A stretch of 64,000 nucleotides of DNA. Origin: Felis catus (lineage: Eukaryota). The translations under genes and the position numbers were made by a program. This document shows positions 51,581 to 64,000 of the stretch, one piece after another. Under the pieces are notes generated by a model. That model had not been told where the DNA came from, searched no databases, and saw only the letters and a list, made by a program, of their open reading frames with translations. The stretch's first letter is position 1, and every line of letters starts with the position of its first letter. Location of the stretch: the NCBI RefSeq assembly GCF_018350175.1, contig NC_058383.1:4154001-4218000 (forward strand), written 5' to 3'.

Positions 51581-51790
51581 GAGGCGCACCTGAGTGGCTC
51601 AGTAGGTTAAGCATCCGACCTGGGCTCAGGTCGTGATCTCACGGTTCGTGGGTTCGAGCCCCGAGTCGGGCTCTGTGCTGACAGCTCAGAACCCAGAGCC
51701 TGCTTCACCTTCTGTGTCTCCCTCTCTCTGCCCCTCCCCCACTCTAGCTCCGTCTCTCTCAAAAATTAATAACGTTTACAAAATTTTAAT
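51581..51790 (+). mobile_element. CAN-SINE
   Basis: Head, gttcgagccc B-box-like motif, (CT)n, tail. Confidence 0.9.
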
Positions 51791-51860
51791 CATACAAAGA
51801 TCTCACAATCACAATACCAGGAAGGCAGGGAGAAGGTGACAGGTGGGACCCAAGACCCAC

Positions 51861-53582
51861 CTTTAACGTTGCTCAGTGACAGGGAGCGCTCCTGGTCGGC
51901 TAGCCCAGGCCCCAGCCGGCCACTGCCGCCACTGTCCTTCTGCCGGGCCACGGCCACCGCAATGCCCACGGGTGGGTGTCGCACTTCTGCCTCCCCCTGG
52001 GCACCAGTGCCCTCGCGCCCGAAGGCCTTGGCGCTCTCGGGCCTCTCCGGGTCCCGCTTCAGCTGCCGGCCTCCCCCGGCCGCAGGGCCCGCGGGGTGTG
52101 GCAGGCGGGCCTGGGCACGAGGGGCGCCCGTGGAGGTGGGGGCAGGCTCGGGTTTCATGGTGCCCAGGCCTCCGAAGGGGCTCTTCTTGCCGCAGCCTCC
52201 GGGGCGCACGGCCACGGCCTCACGCGCAAAGCTGCCGCTGTACTTGATGAGGCTCTGCATGGCCGAGGCCTCCCCGGGCCCGTGGGCCGCGGCGTGCACG
52301 TCAGTGCCCGGCCTGGCGCAGGCGGCCGCCGCGCGTGGCAGCGCGCCCCCGGGGTCCAGGTAGGCCTTCTTGGAGGCGGCCGCGGCCTCCTCCTCGGCGC
52401 GGCTGGCGTGATGATGCTGCGCGGCCAGCACGGCCATCTGCGTGGTGGCGAAGTTGCCCAGCTCGAAAGGCTTCCACTTGGGCTCAGGGCCGGCGGGCGG
52501 GGGCGGCCGCGCGGGCTCCAGGCCGAAGAGCTTGGCGGCCTGCTGGGGGGCGGCGGCCGGCCCGCGGGACGCGCGCTCGCAGGCCCGCGGCTCGGCCTCG
52601 GGCTTGAGCAGCTCCTTGGCGGGGAGGTAAGCCCGGGCATCCGGGGAGGCGCGCGCGGCCCGCGTCGGCGGGGCTTCGGCGGGCGGAGGCCGCTTGAGCG
52701 AGCGGATGACCGAGTTCTTCTCGCGCAGCGCTTCGGGCCGGTCGGGGGGCGGCCGTGGAGACCCGGGCGGCGCCTGCAGGACGCCGGGCCTGCCCGCCTC
52801 GCGCTCCCGGGCCCGGGCGTCGCGCGCCTGCGATGCGATCTGGATGGGCCCCGGGCGCTCGTCGAAGGCCTCCACGGAAGGCACGAAGGTGGGCGCCACC
52901 ACGCGGTGCTCGCGGCCCGACTCGCGCGCCGCCGCCGCGGCCGCGGCCGCCGCGGCCGCCGCGGGGAAGATGGTGTAGACGCCGGCGGGCGCCGGCTGCG
53001 GCGCGGCGAAGGCCCCGGCCGGGGCGGCGGGGGGCGGGGGCGGGCCCTTGGGCGGCGGCGGCGGGAGGGGCGACGGGCAGGGGCAGGGCCCGGGCAGCAG
53101 GGCCTCTGCGCGCCGCAGCCGCGCGCTCTCGTCCTGGCGCGCCGCCTCCTTGGCCACCAGCGCGGGGAGCCCCGCGTCGCCCGCGCCGTTGCAGAGGCTC
53201 AGCGCCGGCGGCGGGGGTGGGTTCTTGCCCTTGCACTCGGCGGCGGCGGCGCCCGGCGCGCGCGGCGGCCCCAGTTCGGCCAGGAAGGGCGACAGGCGCT
53301 CGGCGAGGCGCGGGGGTCCGCGGTCCTGGCGGCCCTCCGCCCGCGCCTCCTGGGTCAGGTCCACCACGCCGCGTGGCCCCGCAGCCTCCTCGCGGGCCCT
53401 CGGGTCCTTCTTGCCGAACAGCGGGGGCGGCTCCCCGCCGCGGCCCGCCCGCTCCTTGGCCGCACCTTCCCGCGAAGAGCCTTTGGCCGGGGCGCTGGAG
53501 GAGTGGCCTCCCGGGGTCCTGGAGGAGGGCGCGTGAGAGTGCAGGGCGCCCGGAGCCCCTGGGGCGGGCAGGTAGAAGCCGT
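51861..53582 (-). CDS. TNRC18: TNRC18 large exon (~5), 1722 nt, DGFYLP...SLSNVK; CpG-island-like
   Basis: Lies within ORF 51790..53628; ctccgcag|ACGGC ... GTTAAAG|gtgggt; phase 1-1. Confidence 0.96.
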
Positions 53583-54038
53583 CTGCGGAGAAGAGAGAGA
53601 GTGCAGGCGTGAGCGAGTGCCCCCTCACCCCGCCGACGCAGAAGCCGAGGGCCCCTCAGGGGCGCCCTGCAACCCCAGGGTTAGGAAGGACGGTCTGCAC
53701 AGCGCAGCCCTTGGAGGGCAGGCTCCGGAAATGGAGGGTCTGGAGGTCATAATCTCGCCTTGGCCACTGACTAACCTCTCTGGGCCTCAGTTTCCTCATC
53801 TGGGAAAGGGGTAGAGGCCAGGGTTGTCTTTCGAGCCTACAGAGAGAGAGTCAGGCGAGTACAGCACAACTAGAAGGCACCAGAAGGCTGGGGGGTGGAG
53901 GGCTGGGGAGGCCCTCAGGAGCAGGGGTCTTGGAAAACAGAGGGAGTGCTGCCTGGCATACTGGGCAGTGGTGGGGACCCCCCGAGAAGCCCCTCAGAAG
54001 GTACCCTCCAACCCATCTCCCCACTCCCACCCCGATAC

Positions 54039-54164
54039 CTTTCTGGGTATCGAAAATGCTGGGCTGGCCCAGCTGGCTGAGGAGGGGGCTCCCGCTGCTG
54101 GGGGGCTCCAGGTGGTTCAGGTGGAGGTAGGATGGGTACAGCCCGCTGGGCAGATGGGAGAAGC
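54039..54164 (-). CDS. TNRC18: TNRC18 exon (~4), 126 nt, GFSHLPSG...IFDTQK
   Basis: cttgcag|GCTTCTCC ... CAGAAAG|gtatcg; phase 1-1. Confidence 0.92.
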
Positions 54165-54412
54165 CTGCAAGAGAGAAAAAGTCGGATTGGCCCAAGGCAT
54201 GGCCTCCCAACAGGAACTTCCTTCCATCCCGCTCTTTTTCTTGAAAATAAAATCTTTTAGCTGTGGAGGGAGCCCCTGGTTCCGGGAGCCCTGAGATGTA
54301 CGACCAGTTCCGTAGAGCAGGCTTGCCTCCCTCTAGGCCCAGCCAGCCCCCAGCCGCTTAAGCCCTCAAATCCCCACCGGAAGAGGATCCGAATGGCTCC
54401 AACTAAGCAGCG

Positions 54413-54437
54413 GATGATGATGATGATGATGATGATG
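54413..54437. repeat. (GAT)n microsatellite
   Basis: Direct reading. Confidence 0.9.
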
Positions 54438-56262
54438 GGGGCTCTAATCACAGGCCAAGCGCTGCCAACTGTTTTGCCTTTGTTATTCTCATTTAAACTT
54501 CAGCAGCACAAAACTCTGCGAGGCAGATACTCTTATCCTCACTTTACAGATGAGAAAACAGGCTCAGGGAGGACCACTGGCCCAAAGTCACACAGCAGAG
54601 GAGCCCGACTGTGAACGGAGGTCACTGGGACAGTTAACCTCAGCCCCACACAGACCACGTCGGGTGGTTTACTGATTTAACGAGTCCCTTCTGCTGTGTG
54701 ACCCAGAGCAGGTCGATCACCTCTGAACTCAAGCCTGCCCAGCATCTCCAACTGTCAGGTCTCCCAGGAAGGTGCCGCCGGGAAAGAATTCCTCCTGGTG
54801 AGGATCCTTCCGGTGAGGTCTTCCCACCAGGGATGCCCAGAATTGGGGCTTTGTGGGACAGAGAAGACAGGAGAGGGTAGCCACAGAGAAACGAAAGGAA
54901 ACATCTGAGAGGGCACACAACGGAGGCCCAAGAGCCCCTGAGCAGGGCCCAGAAAGCCAGGCCAACTGGCGAGCAGGCGGGTTGCCGAGCACCGGGGGAG
55001 GGTCCTGATGCTCTGCCTGGGCTGGGGGGGGGGGGGGGGTCCTACGGGACCAAAGGCCAATCGGAGACACCTGAGACTCGGGTCCCACGTGCTCCCAGTT
55101 GTTCCCTCCGAGGCCAGAGATGCAGGACCTGTCCCTGGCCACACCGGACCCACGTTTCTCCCACGGCGGCCACCTGCTAAAGATATTAACTACAACCCCA
55201 GAAAAATCAAGAGCACCTGATACACATGATCTCTTTCAAGCACTGAAACATCGCATCGGATCCCTCTGCTTTCTCGGCTGTAGAGTGGACCCGGCGGTCC
55301 TTACCTCACAGCTTGCTGGGCGTATAAGATGAGTTCAGATGTGCAACGCAATGTACATAGTAATAAGCACCCTACGTGCTTGGAGCCGTTACTGCGTATG
55401 CGTTACTGCATAGCACTTGTGACACGGAAGAAAAGGGAGTCAGGAGGGGCAGAGGAGCAGGCTGGTGGCACGCAGGCACCAGAGGCACAGTCTTAGCTCT
55501 TCAGGTCCCTCCAGCCCCACCCTGGCTGACTGAAGAGGGAGGCTCAGGTGGGACCCCAGCCCCAAAAGACTGCCCACCTTCCCAGGCCTAGAGAGGCAGG
55601 ACCACCCCCTCCTAGTGAGCCCCTGGCACCGAGGAGAAAGTGGGGAGACAGTGCGCTGCGAAAGACCCCAGAAAGCCCTCGGGTCTGCAGTGGACGCTCC
55701 CAGAACCCAGCATCCAAAATCCGCCAGAGGGGGGGGAAAGAGCTCAGGGTCCCTCAGGCCCATCCCTTCCCCGGCAGAGGGGACCGTGGCCCTCACTCCA
55801 GAACTGCAACAGGAGAACCCGATGACCCTGGTCCCACTGCTCCAACGCTGCTTATCGAGGGTCCCCAGGGAGACCTCGGTGACCGGAACTAGGCCCTGCC
55901 CTCAGAGCTCACTCTGGTGGGAAAACAGATGTCTCACAAATAAACAGATAAACCTGTCCTTCGGGTGAGAGGTGGGCCAGGGCAGGGGGGTGGGGATGCG
56001 GGTAGCTGAGCCCTAAGGGATGAACAGTGGGTGAGGGCCCACAGCGGCGGGAACAGCTTGTGCAAAGGCCCCGTGACAGAGACCAGAGGAAGCACTGGGT
56101 ATCTGAGGAACAGCAGGGCAGCTGGATGACCAGGCCTTGTCCCCCCACCCCCCAGCCACGGCAGGAGAGAGGCCCGGAGGTGGAAGGGAGTGGGCAGGAT
56201 GGAGAGGTGCCAAGGACAGTGGCCCACAGCCCTCAGCCCCGCCCACCTGGCACACTCCTTAC

Positions 56263-56418
56263 CTTCATGGGCATGAGCGGCCCACAGCTGCACCATAGGC
56301 AGGTTGCTGGGGGTAGGGGAGCGGAAGGAGAGGTCAGAGGGCAGGGGCACGGGGCTCCCATGGGACGAGGCTGAGGGCCCCATCCCGCTGGCCACAAAGC
56401 TGCCCAAGAAGGCCTCGC
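56263..56418 (-). CDS. TNRC18: TNRC18 coding exon (~exon 3), 156 nt, GEAFLGSF...AAHAHE
   Basis: tctctgcag|GCGAGGCC ... CATGAAG|gtaagg; phase 1-1. Confidence 0.95.
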
Positions 56419-59400
56419 CTGCAGAGAGAAGGGGGGGTACTGTCAGGCACCCACCAGGCCCCCACTGCCCGGCCCAGCACCCCGGAATCCCCATGTCTCC
56501 CCCACTTCTTGGAGCTACCACTGGCAGGGACACCAGAGAAGCCTTTCCGCCCCACCCTTGACCCTCCGGCTCAGGATGGGTCTGGCCACCTCGACCAGAT
56601 CCCCTGGGACTTGAAAAGGCTGCAAGTGTGGCCCCAGAGGAGCAGCCAGAAGGACGCCCGCCACCAAAGACCCTCACCTCCGGGGCACCCGGCAATTAGC
56701 AAGAGGGCTCTCCCAACCCCAGACCCAAGCGGGACGGTCTCCCCACCTGCAGATAAGACCTGAGGTGCGGCAGGGGACAGGGCCGTCCCGAGGCCACAGA
56801 GCGAGGGGGTAGGGGGTGGGGGGCCCGTGGCCTAAACCCCTGCTCACGTGGAGCTCCTGGATCAGGGGGGACCCCACGAGTCGGATAGTGACCCCAAGGC
56901 AGCCCTGGTCAGACCTGAGGCATTATCGGCCAGCCCGGTGCTGGAAGAACCATGTGCCCATTTAAGGCACCAGGAAGCTGCTGTTCGGAGGTGGTCAGTG
57001 CCCGGTCGCACAGCCAAGGAGCCCTTGGAATACAAGGAGCCCAAGGAGCCCTTGCGGAATACACACCCTGCAAGCACCCCACAACTACAGCGGATTAGCG
57101 ACAGGAAGCAGCGAAAGACCGAGAGCAATGGGCCATCCTTCCAGAGAGCAGAGCATCCCACCCAAGGTCCCTCGGATGGGGATGTGCTGGCCAACTGCTA
57201 CTTGGTAGAGCGGCGTGCCGGGGCCTGGCTGGACGTCGCCTACCCCAGCCACGCCTCACCTGGCCAGGCCCACGCCAGAAGGGATGCCCCCTCGCTGCCA
57301 CCAGCCAGGGGCGCTGGCCCTCAGGATCCATACACCCCACCCTTCAGGGGAAGATCCCGGCAGGCCTCCGGGTCACAGGCCAGGGGGAGGCCTGGGAGAC
57401 TTGGGCGGGGGGGGGGGGGGGCTGCCCTTCCCTGGCCTCAGGTCGCTCATCAGCAAAATGGGAATACTAACGCCTCCCTTAAGAACCACAGTGAAGAGGA
57501 AAGCACGCACCGCAGGAGAATAGTAACAACAAACGGCAGCCTCGCCCAGTCACTGACGAGCACCAGTCTGGGGACTGAATCCTCCCGCCAACGCCCCCAG
57601 GAGGAGGGGCGGAGGCCTGCACACAGAACCGAGCATGGCGGGGATGGCCAAGCAGCCAGCAGGAGCCAGCTCTGGCCAGCCCGAGCTAAGGGCTGCCCGT
57701 GTGCCCCCTCGGGTAACCTCCCCACGTCCCTGTGAGGCGGGCACTGTCTGCAATGACCCAGACGAGACACCATCGGCGGCCCCAGCCCATGGGGGGGGCT
57801 CCCAGAGCCCCGTCCCACCTCAGGGTCCCCAGCAGTGCCGTATGCAGTCTGTATACGACAGGTGCTCGCTTACTACCTCCCGGGGGCACAGGATGCCACA
57901 AAGTCCACCCGGTCCCTTTGGGGGCACATGCAGGGAAACGGCAGGAGGACACCTTCTGGTCACATGTGCCATCACCAGACCCCGTGTCTGCGGAGTCCCC
58001 GTCCTCCAGCCCGGCCTCACCCAGCCCCCTCACCAGACTCCAGCGCCAAGCCTTCGGGACCCAGGGCCATGGCGGCCGGTCAGGACACCCATGTGGCCCG
58101 AGCCCGGGCAGCAGGGCCTCTGGGCCCCGCCAGGCCCCAGGCTTCCTCCTTGGCAGGCAGGCGGGTAGAAGGCTCCGGAAGCCAGCAGCCAGAGGTTTGC
58201 GCAAGGGCTTACATCAGCCACCAGCTCTTCCTGCCTCGGGCCGCGCGGAAGCCCGGTGGCCCAGGCCTGCCCCTGCCCAGGCTTGTGAAACCCGCCCAGC
58301 AGCACCCAAGGCCCGGTGGGGCGTTGGTGCCCGGATGCCACCAACGGCTCCCACCCGCCACAGGGGCTCAACGGCGCCCAAACTCCCTTCCCCCGGTCCG
58401 GCGGGAATTCTGGTGCCCTGGCAAGACCACGCGGGCCAACGTGTGCCCCTCCCAGACCAGAGGTGTGCGACTCCGTGGAACGGGCACACCGTCGCCACCC
58501 CACCGCCAGTCACAAGGACGGTTACACACGACAGGGGCGTTCATTTGCACGTATACCCTGCCCCCCCCGCTCTCCCAGAACTATTCTCCTGAAGCCGCTG
58601 AGCGATGGATCTCGGATGCAAACCAAACACGCTTCCGAATGCCGGTGGCTGCCTCCGTTCCACCCAGCCGCTCGGGCACCAGCCCCCAGGTGTCCTTGTC
58701 GACCCCCCCAGACCCAGCCCGTTTCCCCCTTAGGTGGGGCCTTCCCGGCGCCTCACCGAAGCCCCTCTGGCCACTGCATCCAAGCCCCTGCCAAACACAC
58801 TTGGTAATGCGGATCCCTCCCCACAAGCGGGTCCCCTCCCTGCAGGCGAGAACCGCCAGCCTCACTTCCTGCCACCCAGGACCCGGCACACAGCAGGTGT
58901 CAACTCGTGGACTGGCTACGCGAGCGCCATTTCTAATCCTCCGATGGCAAAAGCAGATAGACCCGCGTCAGGATTAGGAGACAGGGTAGTGCTCCCTTCG
59001 GCAGCGCAGATACTAAGGGCAGGGGCGGCCCCTGACCCCTGAGGACACCCACCAAGCGCCATCCCAGGCCATCCTGCCGGGTCTCCCTGGCGTGGAGGAC
59101 AGGCAGCTGACCCCCGCCCCGCATCGCCAGAGCCTCCAGGCTGCCGTCCGAGGCCCCGGCCCGTGCTCCAGCATCCCTGGGGCTCCTCTCAAAGTCTAGG
59201 TACACACCCCTGCTCCTCGCACCCACCCCTGGGGACCCGGTGACGGCCTCCTAGCTCCCCAGATTTGGGTCTCAGGGCTCCGGGGGACAGCGACAGTCAG
59301 GCCAGAGCCCAATGGTCTCTCCCTAGACTTTGCTAGAAATCCTCCCGCAGGGCCCGAGGTGGGAGGGGCTCTCCCTGCCACCCACCGCAGGCTGAGCGCG

Positions 59401-59426
59401 AGGCCCGGCCCCCACCCTGGTCCCAG

Positions 59427-59443
59427 GCTGCCCCCTGGTGGCA
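59427..59443 (-). promoter_or_regulatory. CTCF-like motif
   Basis: TGCCACCAGGGGGCAGC on the minus strand resembles the CTCF core consensus. Confidence 0.45.
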
Positions 59444-59952
59444 AGAGGTGCCGCCTGCTCACTGGCCGCCTTGGAAGCCAACGCCAATGACCTAAAACAC
59501 ACGTGTAACCACAACAAATTACCGTCATCCAGAATAATAACGGCGAACGCTAAACAAACAGGCTGGGCCACCTGGCACCACTCATGCTGAAACCACTTCA
59601 GGTTCACACGTGGTCATTTGTGGACTCTTCTCGCCGGCATGAGGACAAGCAACGATCGCAAGTCACAGGGCGCTGGGCAGGGCGCGGAGCTGGGGCTGAC
59701 CCCAGAGCCCAGCAATCGGCTCTGCAGCCCTGCGGGGCAGTCACCCATAGAAGAGTGTTCCCGCTGCCCCGCTTGCCGTTCCGAGCAGGCCAGGTGAATA
59801 AATGACACTTACGGCCCCGTAACCAACGGCGTTGGACACATGCTCTGTATCTGTGCTGAGGCTACCTACAGCAGCCACTTGTGGCTACTGAGCACGTAAA
59901 TGTGGCCGGTGAGTTAACACACCTTTAATTTTCTGAAATTTTCATGAGTCTA

Positions 59953-60168
59953 GGGGCACCTGGGTGGCTTAGTTCAGCGTCCAACTCTTGATTTCAGCTC
60001 AGGTCACGATCTCGCGGTCCGTGAGTTCGAGCCCCGCGTCGGGCTCTGGGCTGCCCGCTCGGAGCCTGGAGCCTGCTTCCGATTCTGTGTCTCCCTCTCT
60101 CTCTGCCCCTCCCCCTGCTCGTGCTCTGTCTCTCTGTCTCAAAAATAAATAAGAACATTAAAAAAAAT
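59953..60168 (+). mobile_element. CAN-SINE
   Basis: Canonical body and tail. Confidence 0.92.
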
Positions 60169-62252
60169 TTTTTTTTACCGTGTTTTAATTTTAAATTAGT
60201 TTATACTTAATTTAGCTTCAGTCTGTGAGGGCCTCTCCTTGCTGGAAACTAGACTGGGGCCAGGGACGAGACCTCTGACAAGCCCGTCCTCCACCACAGG
60301 AAGGGAGGTAACAGAAGGGTCCCCAGGGACGACAAAGAGACAAGACCCTGGCTCCAAGGCCCACTTGACTCTGGGCAAGTTTCTCAGTGTCCCCAGGCTG
60401 TGTGAAGTGGTCACATGGTAAAACATAACGTGCAAAACGCTTTCGTGAAGTGCCACGGGACGTCAGGTGCCATTTTTACTGTCATTCTCGTGATTTTTCG
60501 GTACAAACCCTGGGGCTCGGAGAAGCAGAGCACCTGCTCAAAGTCGGGGTGTGGAAGGGACCCTCTACCCAAATTCCCTCTGTCCTTCCTTAAAACTTTA
60601 ATTCTGCAAGCAGAGGGCTAGTGATGGCCCCCTACGAAGGCACTAAATACTACTGAATCACATACTTCCGAACGGTTAATTTGAAATTCACTGTATGAAT
60701 TTCACCTTGAACTGGAAGACAACAACAACAAATGATAAGCTCTCCTCTCTGCTGGCTGGTAGACCAGCCTCTCTGCCCAGAGCGCCCTGATGCCCGGCGC
60801 AAGGCAGGCGGTCCCTGGGCTGGCAGCTCCCCATCCTGACTCACCCTCCCACAGGCCTGGGAGCGCAGGAACTTGGTTCTCCTCTTTTTACAGACAAAGA
60901 AACTGAGGCTCAGAGCTTGCCTGGGGGGACCAAGTTGCTGGGACACTGCTATAGACACACTGTCACACCAAGCCCTCAGCTTGGGAAGCCCACCATGGCG
61001 GACCCCTACCTCTAGTCCAGTCCTGGGCCCTGAGAGAGGGAAAGCGAGGGAAAGTGAAGGAAGCCCCTCCCCCACCCCTCTCCCCCACCGCCACCCTAGG
61101 AGGTGCTTGGAAAGTGGTCTTCTCCTTCTCTGGTCCTCAGTGCCCAGGGAGAGGGCAAGGATGCCCCAGGGGGGCCGAGGAAGGAGGCACTGAGGCCCAG
61201 CTCTCCGGGGGAAAGATTCAGGGTCCCTCCAGGAGCATAAGCAACAGAGAGCTGGGTAAGGTCGGCCTTAGCTCCCCACTCTGTGCCCCCTCACGCACTG
61301 AGTTAACAGGCCTTCCCCGAGCTGGGACCACCACCATCCCAGCCCCTCCCACCCCACACACTGCCAGCCATGGACAAGCACCCCAGGATCACAGCAGTGA
61401 GCTATGGATTTGGGGACACTGGCCAGCCTGTTTTCAGCCATCACCACCCCCCTCACCCACACCTGGAACACAGGAAGAGCTTCCGAGGTTTGCCTACTCT
61501 GAGGCTGGCCAAGGTCACCAGAAGGCAGACCTTGAATCCAGACAAGGTCCGTGCTTCCGTCTGTCCATCCATCCATCCCTCCTTTCTTCCTTCCCTCCCT
61601 CCCTCAGTGCTTATGTCGGCCTACTGTGTGTCAGGAGTTGGGGACTAAGCCCATCCAGATACACTCTGTAATGTGCTACGCTATGCCCATCTGCTGCCAG
61701 ACACCCCCCGTCCCCCGGCCAGAGTAACAGTCAGGCCACCTCAGCTGGCCAGTGGAATCCTGCCTCTGTAACAGATGGAAGTCACTGGGGACCCTTCTAG
61801 TCCTGCTCTGCTGGGAGCAGGGAGGGGTACTCGGCGAGATCATGGCGGGTACAAAGGTTTAGTAAACGATGAAGGATTTTATCACTCCAAATGGGCTGGG
61901 CCGGAACATGGAACAGCACAGCCTCACAGGCTGCACCCCAGGGCCTTTGCACCTCAGCCTGGAATCCCTTCCTCCCTCCAGATACGCCAAATGGTCTGGA
62001 AACTCCCATCTGTATAGACCTCCCTCCCTTCTCTTATACCCCAAGTGACGCTTGATGAATACGGCCTTCCCTAGCCATGCTATTTTATTTATTTTGCTAA
62101 CCACGCTATTTTGGACTGCGACCCACCCCACCCTACACCCTTTCCTGAACTATTTTTCTCCATAGCGCTTATCACCATTTATCATACCAAGCACACATTA
62201 GTTCCTTCTTTATTGTAGCTCCTTGTTTATTGTCCTTCTCCACCCACTGGAA

Positions 62253-62436
62253 CAGGAGTCGGCAAGCTTTTTCTTGAAAGGGCCAGATAATAAATCATTT
62301 AGGCACTGTGGGCCTATCTTGCCTGCTGCAGGGAAAGCAGCCACAGACAACACACAAACTGTTGGGCTCTGTGCCAATAAAACTTTATTTACAAAAAACC
62401 GGAGGTACACCTAATTTGGCTAGGGTCCGCACCCTG
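62253..62436 (+). mobile_element. MER58-like hAT MITE
   Basis: caggagtcggcaagcttttt...aaagggccagata...ccaataaaactttatttacaaaaa. Confidence 0.75.
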
Positions 62437-63449
62437 ACGTTACAGTGTGGGTTTGTGCCACCCCAAGTGCCCCCTACGCTGCACACAGAAGGCGCTCAAT
62501 TATGGAGGAGAGGGATGGGCGAGGTTATGATCAGCCAGAGCCTTTCCTGAGACCCTGCTTCACAGCCAGCATTCGGCGTTCAAGAGGCTTTGCTTCATTC
62601 TGTCTCCCCACCCCCCTCAACCCTGGGAGGGGAGGATTCTTAACTCTTCTGCAGATGAAGACATTGAGGCTCTGACTCCAAATTCTACACTTTTCCACTC
62701 AGCCACACCACCCAGACGCTAGACCCTATTTGCCTGGTTTCACTCCCAGCAAAGCCTCTCCCTAACCAAAACAGAACAAATCTATCGTCCCTTTCTATTT
62801 AAAACGTTCCGGCCTCAAAAGGAGCTGTATCCCTTAAAGTGTCACCAAAGGCTATCGGAGCATCTCATCAGCATGATCAAATCAGGGTTATCACCCAGAA
62901 AAGAGCTCATGCCAGCCCAGAGCACCGACATGTGACTCAGGCGTTTCTATGACAGCAGCTGAAAATAGGGTGAGGACCCTCCAGATAAAATGACCTTCAC
63001 TCCCACTGATCCCGAGACGCACAGACCTCTGTAATATCTAAGCCAGAGAGCGGGTTAATGCCCTCGCCGTATAAAAAAGAGTCTGATCATTCAGTAAGAA
63101 TCCCAAGCAAATCACCGACAACAGCAAATGGCTGAATCCAGGAAGAAATTTCTCGTTAGGATTTACAAAGAAGTATCAAAAGGGGATGACGCCATTTTCG
63201 TCTTTCCAACGAGCACATTTGGGGTTTGGCTGCGGGGAGGGCGGAGGCGGGGTGGGAAGCCACCCAGGGAGGGTGAGTAGAGAGCCAGCCCATCCCCAGC
63301 TTTCAGAAAGCAAATCAGCAGAACTCTTCAAGGCCTGGAAAAGGCATGCAGACCCACTTTGGGGGTCCCTCCCAAGGAAATCACCAGATGTACCTCCTAG
63401 GATGCTCACATTTGGTCAGACTGAGCCAGAGATTCAATGCAATAATCCC

Positions 63450-63842
63450 CATCCAAATCCTGGCAGTTGTGTGTGCGTGTTCAGTCTCTAAATGTTACCC
63501 CCAAAGAGGAAGCAGACTCCCGAGGAGGTATCTGCACACCCGTATTCGGAGAGGCATCATTTGCGATTATTCCCACCAGCCGAAGGTAGGAGCTACCCAA
63601 GGCCCGGGTGGATAACCAGAACTCGGTCCATCCATAAAATGGAACATGATTCAGCCTTAAAAGGAGAGGAGGGGCCCCTGGCTGGTGGCTCAGCCAGTTA
63701 AGCATCCGACTCTTGGGTTTCGGCTCAGGCCACGATCTCACGGTCCATGAGTTCAAGCCCGGCATCGGGCTCTGTGTTGGCAGTGTGGAGCCTGCTTGGG
63801 ATTCTCTCTCTCCCTCTCTCTCTCTGCCCCTCCCCTGCTTGG

Positions 63843-63895
<53 letters not shown>

Positions 63896-64000
63896 ATAAA
63901 CAAATAAATAGTTTATTTAAAAAAAAAAAAAAAAGGAAACTCTGACGTGCTCCAACATGGATGAATCTTGAGGACATTATGCTCAGGGAGATCAGCCAGA
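63450..64000 (+). mobile_element. L1 3' relic with an inserted CAN-SINE (63671-63934)
   Basis: catggatgaatcttgaggacattatgct L1 motif; SINE with long (CT)n and poly(A). Confidence 0.82.

Noticed and set aside
51976..53814. 612-aa plus-strand ORF
   Set aside because: Antisense shadow of the very GC-rich exon ~5; low-complexity Gly/Arg/Ala content and no recognisable domain.
56848..58977. Several 170-380 aa ORFs in the intron upstream of exon ~3
   Set aside because: Pro/Arg/Gly-rich chance ORFs in GC-rich DNA, with no family resemblance or exon structure.

Overview
Mammalian genomic DNA, almost certainly from a felid: it carries felid-type CAN-SINEs and a carnivore-type L1. The whole window lies inside one minus-strand gene, TNRC18, a chromatin reader of the BAHCC1/TNRC18 family. 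I traced 22 consecutive coding exons between 56418 and 1741, all with GT-AG boundaries and consistent phases. They total 6612 nt (about 2200 codons) and probably correspond to human exons 3-24; that numbering is from memory. The ATG exon lies beyond the right edge and the BAH-domain exons beyond the left edge. Introns hold about 15 CAN-SINEs, a 9-kb nested L1 stack, LTR relics, hAT MITEs and L2/MIR relics. The most interesting stretch is 22.2-30.6 kb, the two repeat-poor introns flanking exon 17. It contains an internal CpG/NF-Y/ETS promoter, a weak donor whose read-through hits an immediate stop followed by a well-formed poly(A) site, and several candidate cassette, poison or micro-exons. Together these could uncouple the N-terminal corepressor half of TNRC18 from its Tudor/BAH half. 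This is inferred from motifs only; expression and novelty are unverified. No prokaryotic, CRISPR or RNA-gene features are supported.
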